Shown: positions 57,656 through 64,000 of the stretch, piece by piece
Numbering within the stretch: the first letter of the stretch is position 1
Layout of the letters: every line of letters starts with the position of its first letter
Assembly: GCA_964016885.1 (NCBI GenBank)
Contig: OZ024741.1
Span: 373,116,001-373,180,000, forward strand
Origin: Eledone cirrhosa
Taxonomy: Eukaryota
Direction: 5' to 3'
Length of the DNA stretch: 64,000 nt
The notes under the pieces: model-generated
Database searches by the model: none
Told to the model about the DNA's origin: nothing
What the model saw: the letters and a program-made list of their open reading frames with translations, nothing else
Made by a program: the position numbers and the translations under genes

Positions 57656-57772
57656 CAGAGTGGAACAAAAATCACTAGACCATTTTAAAATATAATTTTT
57701 TTACAATTAATATTTAATTAATAAAAGGGTTATTATATTTTGAAATAGTCTAGTAGTTTTTAGGCCACCCTG
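57656..57772. mobile_element. Tc1/mariner-type MITE
   Basis: TA-CAGAGTGGAACAAAAATCACTAGAC ... GTCTAGTAGTTTTTAGGCCACCCTG-TA. Confidence 0.7.
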
Positions 57773-57824
57773 TATATATATCTACATACACATATATACA
57801 TATGTGTATATGTATGTATATATA

Positions 57825-58502
57825 CTTATAGAAAATGGCATACAGCGGGCTATAAAAATACCTATACAACAACTTAGAACAACCCAAGGAAGAAGAAACC
57901 AAGAACTGGTCATACCATTTATAATGACACACAACCCATGTCACCAGAATATCTTCAACACTGCCAAAGCAAACTTACCGATCATTGCTCAAAGTAATGA
58001 ATTAAAAGGCTTAATCACAGATCGATATTTGACTCTTAGTAAAAGACAGCCAAAAAATTTGAAGCAATTACTAACAAAAGCAAAGTTTGACCTTAACAAC
58101 AAAGACCAATCATTCACTGTATCTAAATGCAATGATAGTCGATGCGGTACATGTCAATCCATACACGCCGGTCAATATATGAAAACAAAAACTGGAAAAA
58201 TATTCCCAAATGCAAATATGAACTGCAAAAGCAAAAATCTAATTTACTGCATTAAATGCCCGAATTGTGAAGAACTATATGTCAGTCAAACTGGAAATGC
58301 ACTATCGGAACGTGCACGGGTACACCGTCAACAAATCAGAGACCCAAATGTCCGTCAGATACCCCTAAGCGGCCACCTGGCAACATGTGGTCAGCTTGGA
58401 ATATTCCCATTCTACAAATTACACAGCCCAAGTGAAATCAAGAGAAAAATCAAAGAAAAGAATTTTATTGATAAATTCAAACCCAAGCTAAATGAACAAT
58501 AA
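57825..58502 (+). CDS. Penelope-like (Neptune-type) element, 5'-truncated: linker zinc finger plus GIY-YIG endonuclease
   Basis: Uninterrupted frame: RQPKNLKQLL, CNDSRCGTC, CKSKNLIYCIKCPNC..LYVSQT...R..VH...H...E..FI..FKPKLN. Confidence 0.9.
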   Translation, partial: LIENGIQRAIKIPIQQLRTTQGRRNQELVIPFIMTHNPCHQNIFNTAKANLPIIAQSNELKGLITDRYLTLSKRQPKNLKQLLTKAKFDLNNKDQSFTVSKCNDSRCGTCQSIHAGQYMKTKTGKIFPNANMNCKSKNLIYCIKCPNCEELYVSQTGNALSERARVHRQQIRDPNVRQIPLSGHLATCGQLGIFPFYKLHSPSEIKRKIKEKNFIDKFKPKLNEQ

Positions 58503-59038
58503 TAACGTTTAGGGGTATTACTTCTACTACCACTATGACCACGACCACTAACAACAACAACAACAACAACAACAATAATAATAATAAAAGTGATGTTGAT
58601 GGTGATGATTAATAGAAAATGCTATTTTCATCATTTCTAAACATAGCAAAACAATTGATGCTTTGGATATGATCATTGGTCGTTAGCATGCTCAACCAGC
58701 CGTGACGCTTAAACCAATCAGCTTTAGTAATTCAGTGAAACTACACACTGATTGGTCGAAATACAGTTTACAGGGCTTAGCATTCTGGAGCCACTTTTCT
58801 CTGTAAAAAATGTATAAAAGGTAGGAAATTTACCCATCTCATTACAGTTGAAAATTGCAAACTCGACTGTCACCACATATTATGAACCTGAAGATTGCGA
58901 AAGCATGAAAGTACTTGTTCAATTAACACTTAGAATTTAATATTCTATCATACTATTTCATTATAATACCATTATATATTTTAAAGGATTGTAAATAAAA
59001 CGAGTAAATCAGACAAAGTTGGAATTCCTCTTATTAAT
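58503..59038 (+). mobile_element. PLE 3' pseudo-LTR
   Basis: CCAATCA / TGATTGG boxes, TATAAAA (~58813), hammerhead, AATAAA, then (TA)n. Confidence 0.8.
58883..58921 (+). ncRNA. Minimal type I hammerhead
   Basis: TGAAC/GTTCA, CTGAAGA, T-TGC-GAAA-GCA-T, GAAA, palindromic AGTACT, CUU triplet. Confidence 0.88.
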
Positions 59039-59112
59039 ATATATATATATGTATATATATATTTATTAAAATAACAGATTAAAGTTTAGTCTTCAAATTT
59101 ATTATTATTACT

Positions 59113-59892
59113 CATCATCATCATCATCATCACCGTTTTACGTCCGTTCTTCCACGCTAGCATGGGTTAGACGGGTTGTCCTGTTGTGGGCAGTGTCTGG
59201 TCGGCTGACCATGCCTTGCTCATACAGGAACTGATCTGGCTTGATTTCTACAGCTGGATGCCCTTCCTAACACCAACCTCATTTACAGTGAGTGCTGGGT
59301 GCTTTTTCGTGGCGCCTACACGTCCACTTTACAGTGTGGGCTGGGTGCTTTTTTGCCGTGGCACCTCCACGACCACCTTGCGGTGGGGGGGGGGGGCATA
59401 TTGTTTATATGCTTCAGCATGTACCCATGGGAGGTCGGGTACCCTGTATTACTGCGTGACGCCAGAAGTCACGGTCGTGTGTCATTGACTTTGAGAGGTG
59501 TAGTTGGGTAAGGTCGGCTTTTATCACCTCATCCCAAGTCATCTTGGGTCTCCCCACTCCGCGGTTTCCATCAACTTCTAGTGCTCTGCACCTTTTTATG
59601 CAGCTGTCATCCTTCATACGCATCACATGTCCATACCAGCGTAACCGCCTCTCCTGCACGCAGCATTTGATTCCTCTTATGCTCAGTCTCTCTCTCAATT
59701 CATTTATGCTTTGTCGTTCACGTATATTACTGTTACACATCCATCGGAGCATGCAGGCTTCGTTTCTCTCTAATCTACGTAAGTCTTCCACCTTCAGCGC
59801 CCAGGTCTCACTACCATGCAACATCGCTGTTCGGATACACGCATCATACAGTCTGCCTTTCATTCTGAGGGAGAAGCCTTTTGCAGCTAGCA
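59113..59892 (-). mobile_element. 5'-truncated RTE LINE
   Basis: [17 protein letters not shown]...RLRWYGHV...GRPKMTW plus UTR. Confidence 0.92.
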
Positions 59893-59894
59893 TA

Positions 59895-59938
<44 letters not shown>

Positions 59939-59961
59939 GTATATATATATATATATATATA

Positions 59962-60042
<81 letters not shown>

Positions 60043-60061
60043 CAAATTTAATATAGAAATG

Positions 60062-60109
60062 GTTTCTACAGGACTAGAACTGTTTCATTCGAAGGAAATC
60101 ATCTGGAAC
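60062..60109 (-). ncRNA. CAGATGA (U4->A) hammerhead-like motif, third family
   Basis: GTTC/GAAAC (bulged), CAGATGA, T-TTC-CTTC-GAA-T, GAAA, ACAG-TTCTAGTC-CTGT, GUA triplet; ~75-bp island inside (TA)n. Confidence 0.65.
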
Positions 60110-61439
60110 GATTATACATATATATATATATATTGTTTCTACTTTTGGCACAAGGCCACCAATTAATCCAGTGTATTACTGGTACTTTATTTTATCGACC
60201 CCGTAAGGATGAAATGCAAAGTTAACCTCAGCGGGATTTGAACTCAGATCTTAAAGGCCCATAACTCCATGTTGATACTGCCAATCCACCATTTAACGTC
60301 CATTTTTACATGCTAACATGGGTTAGATGAGTTGTTCCATTGAGACCAGCCAGGTCAGATGACCATGTTTTACTCATACAGAACTGATTTTAGCTTGGTT
60401 TCTATGGCTAGATGCTCTTCCTAATGCCACCCACATTTACAGTGTGTACTGGGCGCTTTTTGTCGTGCCACCTGCATGACCACTTTACAGTGTAGGCTGG
60501 GCGCTTTATGTCATGTTGCCAACATATAAATATAAGCACACACACATCTATATATAAATTTGAGTGACTTCTGTCCGTCCGTCACATAATGTATGTGTGT
60601 TTGTGTGAATGTATGTGTGTGTAAAAGGAAGGAAGGGATGGTGAAAAAAAACTATAGCAAAACATCAGCTGGCGTTCCATTATCTACGCTGTGTGTGAAT
60701 GTATGTGTTTGTTTGTTTAAATGTGTTTGTGTTTGTGTGAATGTATGTGTATTTGTGTGAATGTATATCTGTGAGTGTGTATTTTTGTGTGTCTGTGTAA
60801 GTGTATGCATATGCACATACACACACGCACACACATATACACATATTCGTCAGCGTGTTGAAAAATATCCTAGTATATATATATATGTCTATCTACACAC
60901 ACACTCATACATCAGCTTGATGTCTTTCTTATAAAAATGTTCTTATCCAAATAACTGTGATGATGGCTTCGCCTGTATAGTGTTTATATTGTTTCTGACG
61001 TGTATTAGATGAGTTTTCTCCCTTTCATTATCATTTATCTAGCTTTTCTACTCTCAACGTCTATTAATTTTCGTTGAATTTTTTCAGTATTAATACCACA
61101 CCAAATAATATACTATATACAAGATTTTAGTAATAACCATTTCACCCTACCCAAGACTTTATTTACTAAATTAATTAATAATTGTTTCTACTTTTGGCAC
61201 AAGGCCAGCAATTATATCAGTGCATTACTGGTACTTTATTTTATCGACCCTGTAAGGATGAAAGGCAAAGTTAACCTCGGCAATCAGACCAAAAGAACTG
61301 GATCTGAAATCGCATATGATTATTTAGTAAAATTCAGTTATAAACAACAATCAAAAAGTGTTTAGAACATTTAATTATTTCGTTTCATCCTAGCGTAATT
61401 TTACATTTACCCACCACATTATATACATATGCATATATA

Positions 61440-61768
61440 TCATCATCATTTTACGTCCGCTTTTCCCTGTTTGCAAGGGTGGGACGGGAACTGATTCTGG
61501 CTTGATTTCTACAGCTGGATGCTCTTCCTAACACCAACCTCATTTACAGTGACTGCTGGGTGCTTTTTTTGCCGTGGCACCTCCACGACCGCTTTGCAGT
61601 GGAATGATAGGGACCCCAGTCCCTATCATCTCATTTCTACAGCTGAGTAAACTGGAGCAATGTGAAATAAAGTGTCTTGCTCAAGGAAACAACACATCAC
61701 TCGGTCTGAGAATTGAACTCACAATCTTTCGATTGCAAGGCCAATGCTCTAACCACTAAGCCATGTGT
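61440..61768 (-). mobile_element. Family B SINE with RTE tail
   Basis: Near-identical to 2250-2590. Confidence 0.82.
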
Positions 61769-61796
61769 GTGTATATATATATAATATATATATATA

Positions 61797-62947
61797 TCCC
61801 AAATGCAAACTATGGGTACATAAAAGATGTAGTGGGATCACAGGTAAACTATCTAAGAACGTACATTTTATATGTGGCCGATGCTCAGGTGCAATAAGTA
61901 GCAAGTGCCCACAGGATACTAGCTCCTTCTATTGCCCAAATGGTTCTATAGAAATAGTGGACACTTTCCGGTACCTGGGTGACAAAATCAGCAGTGATGG
62001 AGGGTGTTCTGAAAGTATGGTAGCCAGAGTCAGAACGGGATGGAAAAAGTTCAGAGAGCTTATACCGCTGTTGGCCTCAAAAGGTTTCTCTCTAAATATG
62101 AAAATCAGATTGTATGATGCCTGTATACGAACAGCAATGCTACATGGCAGTGAGACATGGGCATTGTGTTCAGAGGGCCTGCACAGACTGGAAAGGAATG
62201 AAGCATGCATGCTCCGTTGGATGTGTAATAGTAATATACATGAACGGCAAAACATAAATGAACTAAGTGAGAAATTAGGAATAAGAGGGATCAGATGCTG
62301 TTTACTCGAAAGAAGACTACGTTGGTATGGTCACGTAATGTGCATGAAAGACAACAGTTGTATAAAAAAGTGCAGAGCGATCAAAATTGATGGAAGTTAC
62401 GGAGTAGGTAGACCCAGAAAAACCTGGGACGATTTGATAAATTCCGACCTTACACACTTACATCTCTCTAAGACAATGTCACTGGACCGAGATCTTTGGC
62501 GCCACACAGTAATATAGAAGACCCACCTTGCCCATGTACAAATCGAAACCTACAGTCAGTAGGCACCTGTTAACCAAATATACACCCCCAATCCACTACC
62601 CCTACTGCATCCTCCCACTCCCACCAACATCACTCCTTTCTCTGTAAAGTTGGTACCACAACATCCAGTCCAAACTAATGAGATAATGAGATCGAGATCG
62701 AGATCATGTAGGTGTCACGACAAAAAAACACACAGTCCATGCTGTAATATGGCTGTGTAGGTAACACGGTAAAAACCTCCCAGTCCACACTGTAAACGTG
62801 GTTGGTGTTAGAAAGGGCATCCAGCCGTAGAAAACCTGCCAGATAGTCCTATACGAGCGAGACACAGTCACCCGACCAACCTTGCTTCAAATTGGGACAA
62901 CTCCCATCTAACCCATACTAGCATGGAAGATAGACGTTAAACGATGA

Positions 62948-62950
<3 letters not shown>
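61797..62950 (+). mobile_element. 5'-truncated RTE LINE (starts inside the PHD finger) with 3'UTR
   Basis: PKCKLWVHKRCSG...ICGRC...FRYLG...GRPRKTW. Confidence 0.92.
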
Positions 62951-63000
<50 letters not shown>

Positions 63001-63120
63001 CATATATATACATATATATACATATATATACATATATATATACATATATATATACATATATATATATACATATATACATATATGTATATATACATATATA
63101 TATACATATATATATAAATA

Positions 63121-63315
63121 ACGAAGGAAATATGGTAAGGAACCGGGTGGACCATAACGCACCAAAGTACTCAATACTTAGGGTAGTAGAGTGGGTAATA
63201 GGAATGAGTAGGACCCCGACGGCTGAGCTCAAGCCGTTTCGACGGCTAATTCTGGACTTAGAATTAGCCGTCGAAACGGCTTGAACTCAGCCGTCGGGGT
63301 CTTACTTGTTCCTAT
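63121..63315. mobile_element. Family H fold-back element
   Basis: Near-perfect palindrome 63198-63315 plus unique tail. Confidence 0.65.
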
Positions 63316-63413
63316 ATATATATATATATATATACATATATATACATATATACATATATATATACATATATATATACATACATATATATATATACATATA
63401 TATGTATATATAC

Positions 63414-63450
<37 letters not shown>

Positions 63451-63529
63451 CATATATATACATATATACATATATATATACATATATATATACATACATA
63501 TATATATATACATATATATGTATATATAC

Positions 63530-63580
<51 letters not shown>

Positions 63581-63594
63581 ATGTATATATATAC

Positions 63595-63637
<43 letters not shown>

Positions 63638-63664
63638 TATATATATATATATATACATATATAC

Positions 63665-63709
<45 letters not shown>

Positions 63710-63786
63710 TATATATATATACATATATACATTATATATATATATATATATATATATACATTATATATATATATATATATATACAT

Positions 63787-63819
<33 letters not shown>

Positions 63820-63845
63820 TATGTATATATACATATATATATATA

Positions 63846-63904
<59 letters not shown>

Positions 63905-64000
63905 GTATATATATATATATATATATAATGTATATATATATATATATATATATATAATGTATATATGTATATATATATAATGTATATATATATATATATA

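Overview
AT-rich eukaryotic DNA dominated by (TA)n and other microsatellites and by transposon debris. The SINE and LINE families look like those of an octopod cephalopod (inference from repeat content). Nearly all ORFs in the track are microsatellite artefacts. The real coding remnants come from RTE LINEs (with a PHD-type finger inside the RT), Dong/R4-type LINEs, a CR1/L2-like fragment and two Penelope-like (PLE) GIY-YIG endonuclease fragments. Host-gene signal is limited to a few candidate + strand exons (best 30851-30941). The main hidden structure is a dense set of about 20 complete, partial or decayed type I hammerhead ribozyme motifs from roughly ten unrelated sequence families. They lie in PLE pseudo-LTRs and in short fold-back elements inserted in (TA)n tracts. 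Three unrelated families share a non-canonical core CAGAnGA (U4->A) with intact stems, and one family shows stem II covariation. A perfect 262-bp palindrome carries a U3-A8 core variant on both strands. All folds were worked out by eye and none was tested for activity.
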